Below are positions 39,477 through 49,103 of a stretch of DNA of 64,000 bases, in pieces; positions within the stretch are counted from its first letter, which is position 1, and every line of letters begins with the position of its first letter. The notes beneath the pieces are model-generated. The model had not been told where the DNA came from and made no database searches. It was given only the letters and a program-made list of their open reading frames with translations. The position numbers and the translations under genes are program-made. Origin of the DNA: an uncultured Clostridia bacterium (GTDB taxonomy: Bacteria > Bacillota > Clostridia > TANB77 > CAG-508); contig CAKPLD010000001.1 of assembly GCA_934167225.1 (NCBI GenBank), positions 2,084 through 66,083 on the forward strand. Reading direction: 5' to 3'.

Positions 39477-40334
39477 ATGACGCAAGCAGACAAAAATTTC
39501 ATAGATACATGTAAAGAAATATTAGAACACGGTTATTCATCAGAGGGAACAGGAGTAAGAACAAGATGGGAAGATGGATCAGAAGCAAATTATTATTCAA
39601 TAATAGGAGTAACAAACAAATATGATATAGAAAAAGAATTTCCGATGATAACACTAAGAAATAACACAAACACAGTAAAGAGAGCAATAGATGAAATTTT
39701 GTGGATATGGCAAAAAAAATCAAATAAAGTAAGTGAACTAAACTCTCATATATGGGATCAATGGGCAGGAGAAGATGGAACAATTGGAAAAGCATATGGA
39801 TACCAAATGGCGAAAAAGTATGAGTTCAAAACCAAAGATGGAATGCAAAAACTAGATCAAGTAGATTATATGTTATATCTATTAAAAAACGATCCAGCAA
39901 GCAGAAGAATAATGACCAACATATTTAATTTTGAGGACTTAAAAGATATGAACCTAGAGCCATGCGCTTTTGGTACACAATGGCTTGTAAAAGAAGGAAA
40001 ATTACATTTAATATTAAACCAACGTTCACAAGATATGCTAGCGGCAAATGGATGGAATACTATGCAATACTCAGCATTGCTATGCATGGTAGCTCAATGT
40101 GTAGGTTTAAAGCCAGGAAGCTTAACACATAACATTGGAGATTGTCACATATATGACAGACATATTCCACTAATAAAAAAATTAATAGAGGCAGAGCCAA
40201 TGAATGTTACGCCAAAACTTATAATAAAAAACGACACAAAAAACTTCTACGAGTTTAAAGTAGAGGATTTTGAAATACAAGGATATGACTATAATAAAGA
40301 AATAAAATTAGGAAAAATACCAGTAGCCATATAA
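39477..40334 (+). CDS. thyA: thymidylate synthase
   Basis: RSQDMLAANGWNTMQYSALLCMVAQCVGL...GDCHIYDRH motifs. 285 aa. Confidence 0.85.
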   Translation: MTQADKNFIDTCKEILEHGYSSEGTGVRTRWEDGSEANYYSIIGVTNKYDIEKEFPMITLRNNTNTVKRAIDEILWIWQKKSNKVSELNSHIWDQWAGEDGTIGKAYGYQMAKKYEFKTKDGMQKLDQVDYMLYLLKNDPASRRIMTNIFNFEDLKDMNLEPCAFGTQWLVKEGKLHLILNQRSQDMLAANGWNTMQYSALLCMVAQCVGLKPGSLTHNIGDCHIYDRHIPLIKKLIEAEPMNVTPKLIIKNDTKNFYEFKVEDFEIQGYDYNKEIKLGKIPVAI

Positions 40335-40366
40335 CAATAGATAAAACAAGAAAGGAACCAAGAAAA

Positions 40367-40861
40367 ATGTTAAGTATAATAGTTGCAAAATCTATAAATA
40401 ATGCTATAGGAAAAGATAATAAATTATTATGGAAAATACCAGATGATATGAAAAGATTTAAAGAAATAACAACAGGACACACTGTTATTATGGGAAGAAA
40501 AACATTTGAATCAATAGGTAAAGTATTACCAAACAGATTAAATATTATTTTAACAAGAGATCCAAGCTATAAAATAGATGATCCAAATGTAAAAATCCTA
40601 GGTGGAGTATCAGATCTAGAAGAATACATAAATGATGATAATGAAAATTTTGTAATAGGTGGTGCTCAAATTTATAGTATTCTTATGCCAAAATGTAAAA
40701 AAATTTATGTAACACAAATTGATAAAGATTTTGTGGGAGATAGCTATTTTCCAATAATTCGTGAAAACGAATGGAAAATTGTGGAAAAAGTTGATGGACC
40801 AAAAGATGACAACAGCTTTAAATATGAATATATAACTTATGAAAGAAAAAGTAATAAATAA
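40367..40861 (+). CDS. folA: dihydrofolate reductase
   Basis: MLSIIVAKSINNAIGKDNKLLWKIPDDMKRFKEITTGHTVIMGRKTFESIG. Confidence 0.85.
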   Translation: MLSIIVAKSINNAIGKDNKLLWKIPDDMKRFKEITTGHTVIMGRKTFESIGKVLPNRLNIILTRDPSYKIDDPNVKILGGVSDLEEYINDDNENFVIGGAQIYSILMPKCKKIYVTQIDKDFVGDSYFPIIRENEWKIVEKVDGPKDDNSFKYEYITYERKSNK

Positions 40862-40917
40862 TTGTAAATTGAATATAAATAATACTAATTATAAAGTGTG
40901 AAAGGATTGATGTTTCT

Positions 40918-41298
40918 ATGGAAATGTTTGAAAAAAATAAGCCTTTAATTAGTATTATAAAAGGCACAGCAATATCTTTTTTAACAACTATTATCGCTCT
41001 TACTATATTTGCTGTGCTTTTAACGTATACAAATTTATCCGAAAATACTATAAAACCAGTTATAATAACAGTAACAGGGATTAGCATTTTAATAGGAAGC
41101 TCAATTGCTACCAGAAGTATTAGAAAAAACGGCTTGGTAACAGGTGCTATTATAGGTGCTTTATATATTTTTATTATCTATTTTTTGTCTAGCATAATGA
41201 ACTCTAATTTTGTTATTAGTTGGATGTCTGCTATCATGATTGGCGTTGGAGTTGCTGGGGGAGTTTTGGGAGGCATTATTGGTGTAAATAGCAAGTGA
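40918..41298 (+). CDS. small multi-TM membrane protein (TIGR04086-like)
   Basis: 126 aa with 3-4 TM helices and a Gly-rich C-terminal helix. Confidence 0.4.
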   Translation: MEMFEKNKPLISIIKGTAISFLTTIIALTIFAVLLTYTNLSENTIKPVIITVTGISILIGSSIATRSIRKNGLVTGAIIGALYIFIIYFLSSIMNSNFVISWMSAIMIGVGVAGGVLGGIIGVNSK

Positions 41299-41387
41299 TG
41301 GCTGTTGGATTTTTTTAACGTTGTTACTTTAATATTTTGGGTATTGATTTTTATAATTGCAGGTTAAGTCTATAAAAAGTAGAACAA

Positions 41388-41424
41388 AAAGACTGGGAAA
41401 ATGTTGAAACCCCAGTCTTTTTTA
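41388..41424 (+). terminator. intrinsic terminator
   Basis: aagactggg...cccagtctt plus T6. Confidence 0.65.
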
Positions 41425-41554
41425 CATCTACTCCACTTATCTAATTTTCTCAAAAGATTTACTCTACACTACCAAAATAAAATTAAGAAAAAAGCACTTG
41501 ACATTTTGATAACTATATTATATAGTATAGAAAACTAGATGGAGGAAAAAGAAA

Positions 41555-42230
41555 ATGAAAAGAACAAAATTAAAAGACAGAACATTACCAAAATACACAA
41601 AAGGAGAAGAAATATTTAACATGACATCACACATAGTAGGAGCTGTGCTTGGAATAGTAGCTCTAGTGCTATGCATCATATTTTCAGCAATACACCATAA
41701 TCCATATGGAGTGGTATCAAGTTCAATATTTGGAGTAACAATGATATTATTATACACAATGTCAAGCATATATCATGGTTTAAAGCCAGAAACAAAAGCA
41801 AAAAAAGTATTCCAAGTGCTAGACCATTGCTCAATATTTTTGCTTATAGCAGGATCATACACGCCATTTGCACTATGCACACTAAGAGAAATAGACACAG
41901 CAACTCGGTTGGTGGATATTTGGAATAATATGGGGCATGGCAATATTAGGTATTGTTTTAAACTCTATAGACTTAAAACAATTTAAAGTATTTTCAATGA
42001 TATGTTATCTAGCAATGGGATGGTGCATAATTGTAAAAATAAAATGGGTAATTCAAGGACTTGGCTGGGCAGGATTTACACTTTTAGTTGCCGGCGGAAT
42101 TATCTATACAATTGGTGCAGTTTTATATGGTTTAGGTAAGAAAAAAAGATATATGCATTCTATCTTTCACTTATGCATTTTTGCTGGAAGCTTGTTGCAT
42201 TTTCTTTGCATATTATTGTATGTTGTGTAA
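41555..42230 (+). CDS. hemolysin III / PAQR-family membrane protein; frame broken at about 41906 by a single-C insertion
   Basis: Removing the c in actCggttgg gives ...LREIDTATGWWIFGIIWGMAILGIVLNSIDLKQFK..., joining ORFs 41555..41986 and 41937..42230. Confidence 0.75.
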
Positions 42231-42244
42231 TATAGAATATACTC

Positions 42245-42309
42245 CTCCCCATTTGGGGACGGTTCTCTAATGGGGATTCCCCATTAAAGAACCGTCCCCA
42301 AATGGGGAG
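42245..42309. repeat. REP-like element, second copy: nested palindrome (22-bp outer stem CTCCCCATTTGGGGACGGTTCT / AGAACCGTCCCCAAATGGGGAG) that acts as a bidirectional terminator
   Basis: 42-nt core is about 95% identical to 8532-8573. A T-run follows on the + strand. Confidence 0.8.
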
Positions 42310-43107
42310 TTACTTTTTTATAAAGTTATAATCAACACTATTGTTTAAAACCAAACTACCATCATAAATAGTGGAATTTTCAGTAGATAAAGGGATATTT
42401 AAGATAAAGGGACAAGAATAAACTTCATCCAAATTGTTGGTAATATTAATAACAAAGCTCAATTTACAAGAAATAGAGTTTAAAGTAATACCGCATCTTT
42501 TAAGCAAAGAGCCATCGTAAGAGATGTGAGACATATTGTCTGTTAAGGTATAGTTAGATTTTAACCCTGAATTTACATAGCAAAAGGTAATGGGGTTGGC
42601 GCAGTTATTGTATAAAGTTGGATTAGAATAGTCAATTTCATCTGCAGAAGAAATTTCAAAATCTAAGTTGTTTTCGATTTTTTTAGATTCATCGAAGCTA
42701 TTATTGGCAAAATCATTAATATTTTTGTAATAAAGATTAGGAGTACCAACAGAAGGTGCTAATTCAAAAGTAATATTAGAAACATTTACTTTTTTCAAAG
42801 TATTTTTGGCATCATAATTACCATTAGCATTATTATTAATAAAAATAGCAATATCGGTATATTGGTATAAATCTGATATAGTGAAAGTGGAATTTGCATT
42901 GATTTCAGATTTTGCATTTGCACTACTAAAATAAACTATTTTATTTACTGAAAAAGGAGCTGTTAAATCTACAGATAAGGCGTTTTTCATGGCATTTTTT
43001 CTTGTTATTATTTGTGAAAAAGATTTTACAGATAAGAAGCCTAAAAATATAAGTACTAAAAAAAGTAGTGTAAATAATATGTAAAATAAGTATTTTTTCT
43101 TAAACAT
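42310..43107 (-). CDS. secreted or membrane-anchored Asn-rich hypothetical protein (265 aa)
   Basis: N-terminal signal-anchor MFKKKYLFYILFTLLFLVLIFLGF. Confidence 0.45.
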   Translation of the reverse strand: MFKKKYLFYILFTLLFLVLIFLGFLSVKSFSQIITRKNAMKNALSVDLTAPFSVNKIVYFSSANAKSEINANSTFTISDLYQYTDIAIFINNNANGNYDAKNTLKKVNVSNITFELAPSVGTPNLYYKNINDFANNSFDESKKIENNLDFEISSADEIDYSNPTLYNNCANPITFCYVNSGLKSNYTLTDNMSHISYDGSLLKRCGITLNSISCKLSFVINITNNLDEVYSCPFILNIPLSTENSTIYDGSLVLNNSVDYNFIKK

Positions 43108-43271
43108 TTTTTTTCCTCCAATTAATTTAATAATATAATATATTAAATAATAGTATAAAATATTAATAAAGTCAATAAAAGTTAACTGAATTTACTTGCA
43201 TAAAGCAACAAAAACATATATAATAAAAGAGCAGTAAAAAGACCAGACGAAAAATGAGGGAGGTTTTATAA

Positions 43272-44552
43272 ATGAAAACACTATTAAAAAATGCAAGAGT
43301 TGTAGATTATAAAAATAAGTTAGATGGAAAAATGGATATTTTATTAGATGATGATAAAATATCAAAAATAGCTGAAAAAATAGAAGAAACAGCAGATAGA
43401 GAAATAGATTGTACAAATTACATAATAATACCTGGAATGATAGACATGCATTGTCACTTAAGAGAACCAGGATTTGAGTATAAAGAAACAATAGAAACAG
43501 GCTCGAAAAGTGCGGTAGCTGGTGGTTTTACAACAATATGTCCAATGCCAAATACAAAACCAGTACCTGATAATGTAGAAACATTAAAAATGATTATAGA
43601 AAAAGCAAAAGCAGTAAATTTATGTAATGTACTTCCATTTTCATCAATAACAAAAGGTGAAAAAGGCGAGGAATTAGTAGATTTTAAAGCAATGAAAGAA
43701 GCAGGTGCAATTGCATTTTCAGATGATGGAATCCCTGTTGTAAATTCAAAAGTAATGAGAGAAGGCATGATAAAAGCAAATGAAGTTGGTTCATTTACAT
43801 CGGCACACTGCGAGGAAAAATCAGTGGCCAAAGGAGCAATAAATGCGGGAACAATTGCCGACCAATTAGGAGTAGAAGGAGTATTACCAGAAGCAGAAGA
43901 AATAATGGCAGCTCGTGATGCAATAATTGCCGAAACAAACAATATACATGCACACATTTGCCACATCAGTACAAAAACATCAAAAAACATGATAAGAGAT
44001 GCTAAAAAAAGAGGAGTAAAAATTACTTGTGAAACATGTCCACATTATTTCTCTCTAACAGTAGACAAGGTTCTAAAAAAAGGAACAAATGCAAAAATGA
44101 ACCCTCCTTTAAGAGAAGAAAAAGACAGATTAGCTATCATAGAAGGCTTAAAAGAGGGAACAATAGATGCTATAATAACAGACCATGCACCACATTCTGA
44201 AGAAGAAAAAGCAAAAAAATTAGCAGATGCACCAAACGGAATTATAGGATTTGAAACAGCGTTATCTTGTGAAATTATGAATTTGATAGATACGGGAGCT
44301 TTAAATTATGATGATTTAGTTAGGGTTACTTCATATAATCCGGCAAAATTATTAGGATTAAATAAAAAAGGTGCAATAGAAGTTGGATTTGATGCAGATT
44401 TAACTATTTTTGACCCAAATAAAGAATATGTTTATACAAAGGATATGATAGTTTCTAAGGCTAAAAATTCACCTTTTATAGATGAAAAAATGAAAGGAAA
44501 AGTTATGTACACTATTGTTGGTGGAAGAGTAGTGTATGAAGGAAAGGAATGA
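43272..44552 (+). CDS. pyrC: dihydroorotase
   Basis: DMHCHLREPGFEYKETIETGSKSAVAGGFTT. 426 aa. Confidence 0.85.
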   Translation: MKTLLKNARVVDYKNKLDGKMDILLDDDKISKIAEKIEETADREIDCTNYIIIPGMIDMHCHLREPGFEYKETIETGSKSAVAGGFTTICPMPNTKPVPDNVETLKMIIEKAKAVNLCNVLPFSSITKGEKGEELVDFKAMKEAGAIAFSDDGIPVVNSKVMREGMIKANEVGSFTSAHCEEKSVAKGAINAGTIADQLGVEGVLPEAEEIMAARDAIIAETNNIHAHICHISTKTSKNMIRDAKKRGVKITCETCPHYFSLTVDKVLKKGTNAKMNPPLREEKDRLAIIEGLKEGTIDAIITDHAPHSEEEKAKKLADAPNGIIGFETALSCEIMNLIDTGALNYDDLVRVTSYNPAKLLGLNKKGAIEVGFDADLTIFDPNKEYVYTKDMIVSKAKNSPFIDEKMKGKVMYTIVGGRVVYEGKE

Positions 44553-44556
44553 TTAT

Positions 44557-44823
44557 ATGCCAGAAATAAGTAGATTTCAAGGAATGATAATAAAGTTGAT
44601 ATTTTTGGATAATGATAAACATCATAAACCACATATACATGTATATTATGGTGAATATGAAGCATCAATTGGAATTGACGGAGAAATGTTAAGTGGTTCT
44701 TTACCTGTAAAAAAATATAAATTATTGCAAGCTTGGATGATATTACACGAAGACGAACTATATAAAGCATGGAATAATGCAGTTAGAGGAATTCCTTTTG
44801 ATAATATTAAACCATTAGATTAA
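44557..44823 (+). CDS. DUF4160-domain protein
   Basis: MPEISRFQGMIIKLIFLDNDKHHKPHIHVYYGEYEASIGID matches the DUF4160 N-terminal signature. Confidence 0.6.
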   Translation: MPEISRFQGMIIKLIFLDNDKHHKPHIHVYYGEYEASIGIDGEMLSGSLPVKKYKLLQAWMILHEDELYKAWNNAVRGIPFDNIKPLD

Positions 44824-44836
44824 GGAGATGATAAAA

Positions 44837-45142
44837 ATGCGTATTTTAAATGATATTGTATATGCTGATGATAATAGTAACAAAAAGGATTTAAAAATAA
44901 TAGAAATAAAAATTATATCAGAACTATCAATGCTTGTTACGTTTTCTAATGATGAAAAAAGAATTTTTGACTTGAAAGAAATTGTAAAATATCCAGCATA
45001 TGAAAAATTAAAAGACTTTGAAATATTTAAAAATGCATATATTGAACATGGAATTATCGTTTGGGATAATGGTAATATAGATATATCACCAGAAACGGTA
45101 TATGAAAACAGTTTTGTATATGAACAAGAAATAGCTATGTAA
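44837..45142 (+). CDS. DUF2442-domain protein (partner of DUF4160)
   Basis: 4-nt intergenic gap after the DUF4160 gene. RBS aaggag. Confidence 0.5.
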   Translation: MRILNDIVYADDNSNKKDLKIIEIKIISELSMLVTFSNDEKRIFDLKEIVKYPAYEKLKDFEIFKNAYIEHGIIVWDNGNIDISPETVYENSFVYEQEIAM

Positions 45143-45160
45143 AAGAAAGGACGTATAAAA

Positions 45161-46438
45161 ATGGAACATAAAATAGTGCCAATTACAGTATTAACAGGAT
45201 ATTTAGGAGCAGGAAAAACAACACTTCTAAATTATGTATTGAACAACCAAGAAGGATACAAAGTAGCAGTAATAGTAAACGATATTGGAGAAGTAAATAT
45301 AGATGAAAAGCTAATAAAAGATGGAGGCTTTATTAAAGAAGAAGACAAAGGAAATGTAGTACCATTATCTAATGGATGTATATGTTGTACATTAAAGCAA
45401 GATTTAATGAATCAAATAATGGATATTCTAAAAACAAGACAATTTGACTATATTTTAATAGAAGCAAGTGGAATATGTGAACCGATGCCAATTGCACAAA
45501 CAATTATGGCTTTAGAAGATTCAACAGTTCAATATGGTCTACCAAAAATATGTAGACTAGATAATGTAGTTACAGTTGTAGATGTTTTAAGATTAGCAAC
45601 AGAATTTGGATGTGGAGATTACTTAGTAAAAGAAGACATAGAAGAAGAAGATATAGAAAATTTACTAATTCAACAAATAGAATTTTGTAATACAATCATT
45701 TTAAACAAAGTTGATGAAATTGAACCAGAACAATTAAATAGAGTTAAAGCAATAATAAAAGAACTTCAACCAACAGCGAAAATTATAGAAACAAACTTTG
45801 GTAAAGTTAACTTTAAAGAAATTTTAGATACAAACAGCTTCAATTTTGAAAAAGTTGCGAGTTCAGCAGGCTGGATAAAAGAGCTTGAAAGAGATGATAA
45901 TGAAAATATAGATGAAGAAGAACATCATCACAATCATGATGAAAATGAAGAACACCACGATCATCATCATGAAGAACATAGTGAGCATCACGATCATGAC
46001 CACAAAGATGAGCACCATGGACATGAAAATCATCATCACCACCATCATGACCACAATGATGAAGGAGAAGCGGAAGAATATGGAATATCAACATTTGTGT
46101 ATACATCAAGAAAACCATTAAGAGAGGATAAATTTGATGAATTTGCAAAAAAATTACCAAGAAATGTAATAAGATGCAAAGGGCTAGTTTGGTTTTCAAG
46201 CGATAATGAAATGTCATATTTATTTGAACAAGCAGGAAAACAACTTTCACTTTCAGAGGCAGGATATTGGCTAGCAACTGCACCAAAAGAAGAGTTAGAA
46301 CAAATGGTTAAAGCAAATCCAGATATTATGAATGATTGGGACGATGAAGTGGGAGACAGAATTACAAAACTTGTATTTATTGGGCAGAATATGGACAAAG
46401 ACAAAATCAAAAAAGACCTAAAAAACTGTGAACAATAA
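45161..46438 (+). CDS. CobW/COG0523-family GTPase metallochaperone with a poly-His/Asp-Glu insert
   Basis: GYLGAGKTTLLN P-loop and a CICC motif. 50-aa His-rich tract HHHNHDENEEHHDHHHEEHSEHHDHDHKDEHHGHENHHHHHHDH. Confidence 0.8.
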   Translation: MEHKIVPITVLTGYLGAGKTTLLNYVLNNQEGYKVAVIVNDIGEVNIDEKLIKDGGFIKEEDKGNVVPLSNGCICCTLKQDLMNQIMDILKTRQFDYILIEASGICEPMPIAQTIMALEDSTVQYGLPKICRLDNVVTVVDVLRLATEFGCGDYLVKEDIEEEDIENLLIQQIEFCNTIILNKVDEIEPEQLNRVKAIIKELQPTAKIIETNFGKVNFKEILDTNSFNFEKVASSAGWIKELERDDNENIDEEEHHHNHDENEEHHDHHHEEHSEHHDHDHKDEHHGHENHHHHHHDHNDEGEAEEYGISTFVYTSRKPLREDKFDEFAKKLPRNVIRCKGLVWFSSDNEMSYLFEQAGKQLSLSEAGYWLATAPKEELEQMVKANPDIMNDWDDEVGDRITKLVFIGQNMDKDKIKKDLKNCEQ

Positions 46439-46611
46439 GTCTCCAAACGTGAAGTACCCAAAAAGAACCTCTCCAAAAGGAAAAACATCCAAAAAGGCTA
46501 TTTACAAAAGGAAAAATGCAAAAAAAAGAATGTATTCCAAAGGAAAAAAGGTATTGAAAATAGAAAAAATTATGTTATAATGAAACAAAAATGAAAGGAA
46601 GAAAAGAGAAA

Positions 46612-47535
46612 ATGGAAGAAATATACATATTTGGACACAAAAATCCAGATACAGATACAATTTTATCAGCTTTAATATTAGAAGCTATAGAAAAAACAAT
46701 GGGAATTAACAAAGTAAAAGCATATAGATTAGGAGAAATAAACAAAGAAACTCAGTATGCACTAGATTATTTTGGAGTAAAAGCACCAGAACTATTAGAA
46801 GAAGTTGAAGAAGGAAGACAAGTTATGCTTGTAGACCACAACGAATTTAATCAAAGTGTAAAAGGAATAGAAAAAGCAAAAATAGTAAGGGTTGTAGATC
46901 ATCATAAAATAGCAAACTTTGAAACACATGAACCATTATTTTACATGGCCATGCCTGTTGGATGTACAGCAACAATATTAAGAGATATGTGCAATGTAAG
47001 TGGTATAAAATTAGATAGAATTACAGCAGGACTTATGCTAAGTGCAATAATATCTGATACATTATTATTAAAATCACCTACAACAACAGAAAAAGATAAG
47101 CAAACAGCAGAAGAACTTGCTAAAATTGCAAATGTAGATTTAAATGCATATGGTCTAGACATGTTAAAAGCAGGTACAGATTTAAGTGAATTTACAGCAG
47201 AGCAACTAATAAATATAGACTCAAAACCATTTGAAACAAAAGGAGTAAAATATCAAGTAGCACAAGTAAATACAGCTTCAATAGATGATGTTTTAAAAGA
47301 TAAAGAAAAAATAGAAGAAGCAATGGCTCATTTTATGAATGAAAATAATTTAGAATTATTTGTTTTCCTAATAACAGACATAATTACAAATAACTCACAA
47401 GTAATAGCACTTGGAAGACAAGATGTAGTAGAAAGAGCATTTGATGTAAAACTTGAAAACAATACAGCGTTTTTATCAGGTGTAGTTTCAAGAAAAAAAC
47501 AAGTTGTACCAAGAATTGACTGTTTTGTAGGATAA
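46612..47535 (+). CDS. ppaC: manganese-dependent inorganic pyrophosphatase (family II, DHH)
   Basis: MEEIYIFGHKNPDTDTILSALILEA... DHH and DHHA2 domains. Confidence 0.85.
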   Translation: MEEIYIFGHKNPDTDTILSALILEAIEKTMGINKVKAYRLGEINKETQYALDYFGVKAPELLEEVEEGRQVMLVDHNEFNQSVKGIEKAKIVRVVDHHKIANFETHEPLFYMAMPVGCTATILRDMCNVSGIKLDRITAGLMLSAIISDTLLLKSPTTTEKDKQTAEELAKIANVDLNAYGLDMLKAGTDLSEFTAEQLINIDSKPFETKGVKYQVAQVNTASIDDVLKDKEKIEEAMAHFMNENNLELFVFLITDIITNNSQVIALGRQDVVERAFDVKLENNTAFLSGVVSRKKQVVPRIDCFVG

Positions 47536-47551
47536 AAATGGAGGTAGTACA

Positions 47552-48202
47552 TTGGAAGAAGAAAAAATGAGTAAATTAAAAGATGCAATAGAATGGTTTT
47601 TTTGCATAATAATTGCAATAATAATTGCTATTCTATTTAGATATTATATAGGAACACCAACAATAGTAAAACAGCCATCAATGTATCCAACACTAAAAGA
47701 AAATCAAAGATTATGGCTAAATAGAATTGATAGGACAACTAAAACTTTGCCAAAAAGAGGCGATATTATAACATTTGAGGCACCATCAACAACAACACTT
47801 TCATTATCTGAAAAAGAAGAAAGTGTAATTGCAAGATATGATAATGAACCACAAAGTGTATTAGGTAAATTTTCATATTATGTATTAGAAATGGATAAAA
47901 TAAGTTATATAAAAAGGGTTATAGGTTTACCAGGAGACCATATATTAATTGAAAATGGCAGGGTATACATAAATGGAGAGCTATACGAAGAAGATTACCT
48001 ACAGCCAGGAGTTGTAACAGACAATGGAAAAGGATATTGTACAGACCTAACAGTACCAGAAAATACAGTATTTGCAATGGGAGATAATAGAACCCAAAGT
48101 ACAGACTGTAGAAGCTTTGGATGTATACCATTAGAAAAAATAGAAAGTAAAGTATGGATAAGAATATGGCCATTAAACTTATTTGGAAAAATTGATAAAT
48201 AG
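47552..48202 (+). CDS. lepB: signal peptidase I
   Basis: TTG start after RBS ggagg. PSMYPTL catalytic Ser box, KRVIGLPGD Lys box and GDNRTQSTDCR box. Confidence 0.85.
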   Translation: MEEEKMSKLKDAIEWFFCIIIAIIIAILFRYYIGTPTIVKQPSMYPTLKENQRLWLNRIDRTTKTLPKRGDIITFEAPSTTTLSLSEKEESVIARYDNEPQSVLGKFSYYVLEMDKISYIKRVIGLPGDHILIENGRVYINGELYEEDYLQPGVVTDNGKGYCTDLTVPENTVFAMGDNRTQSTDCRSFGCIPLEKIESKVWIRIWPLNLFGKIDK

Positions 48203-48212
48203 GAGAATAAAT

Positions 48213-49103
48213 TTGTTTGATAAAATTTTAGGAAATGAAAAAATAAAATTAGAACTAATAAATTCTATAAAAACTGGAAAATACTCACATAGCTATTTAT
48301 TTTTAGGAATATCTGGAATAGGAAAAAAAATGATTGCAAGAGAGTTTGCAAAAATGATATTATGTGAGGGAGAAGAAAAATACTGTAATAAATGTAAATC
48401 CTGCTTAGAATTCGACTCCAATAACAATCCAGACTTTACAGAAATTGTACCAGATGGAAACAATGTAAAAATTGAACAAATAAGAGAAATGCAAAGAAAA
48501 ATTGTAGAACAGCCTATTATATCAAGTAAAAAGGTATACATAATAGATGATGCAGATACAATGACAAGGGAGGCTCAAAACTGTTTGCTAAAAACTTTAG
48601 AAGAGCCTCCAGAATTTGCAAATATTATACTAATAGGTTCAAATGAATCGAGCTTTTTAAGCACAATAAAATCAAGATGTACAATAATAAAGTTCAATCC
48701 AATTTCAGATGAACAAATAAAAGAATATATAAAGCAAAAATACGAAATGCCAGAAATTTCGGAAAGCATAATTTTAGCAGGTTCTGGAAGCATTGGCAAA
48801 GTAGAAATATTAAAAGACAAACAAGAACTTTTTAGTTCAATAGACAAAGTGATAAATAACATTGAAACAATGGATTTAATAGACACATTAAAAAATGCAG
48901 ATATAATTTACAAATCACAAGAAGATAAAAAAGATATATTAGAATATATAAATATTATTCTATTTAAAAAAGCAAAGCAAAACCAAAAATATTTAAATTG
49001 TATAAATATTGTAGAAGAAGCAAAAAAAAGATTAAATGCAAATAGCAATTACAATATGACAATTGATAATATGATTATGACAATATGGGAGGAAATACAT
49101 TGA
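48213..49103 (+). CDS. holB: DNA polymerase III subunit delta'
   Basis: Likely TTG start (RBS aggaga). SHSYLFLGISGIGKKMIAREFAKMILC and a Zn-module CNKCKSC. Confidence 0.8.
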   Translation: MFDKILGNEKIKLELINSIKTGKYSHSYLFLGISGIGKKMIAREFAKMILCEGEEKYCNKCKSCLEFDSNNNPDFTEIVPDGNNVKIEQIREMQRKIVEQPIISSKKVYIIDDADTMTREAQNCLLKTLEEPPEFANIILIGSNESSFLSTIKSRCTIIKFNPISDEQIKEYIKQKYEMPEISESIILAGSGSIGKVEILKDKQELFSSIDKVINNIETMDLIDTLKNADIIYKSQEDKKDILEYINIILFKKAKQNQKYLNCINIVEEAKKRLNANSNYNMTIDNMIMTIWEEIH

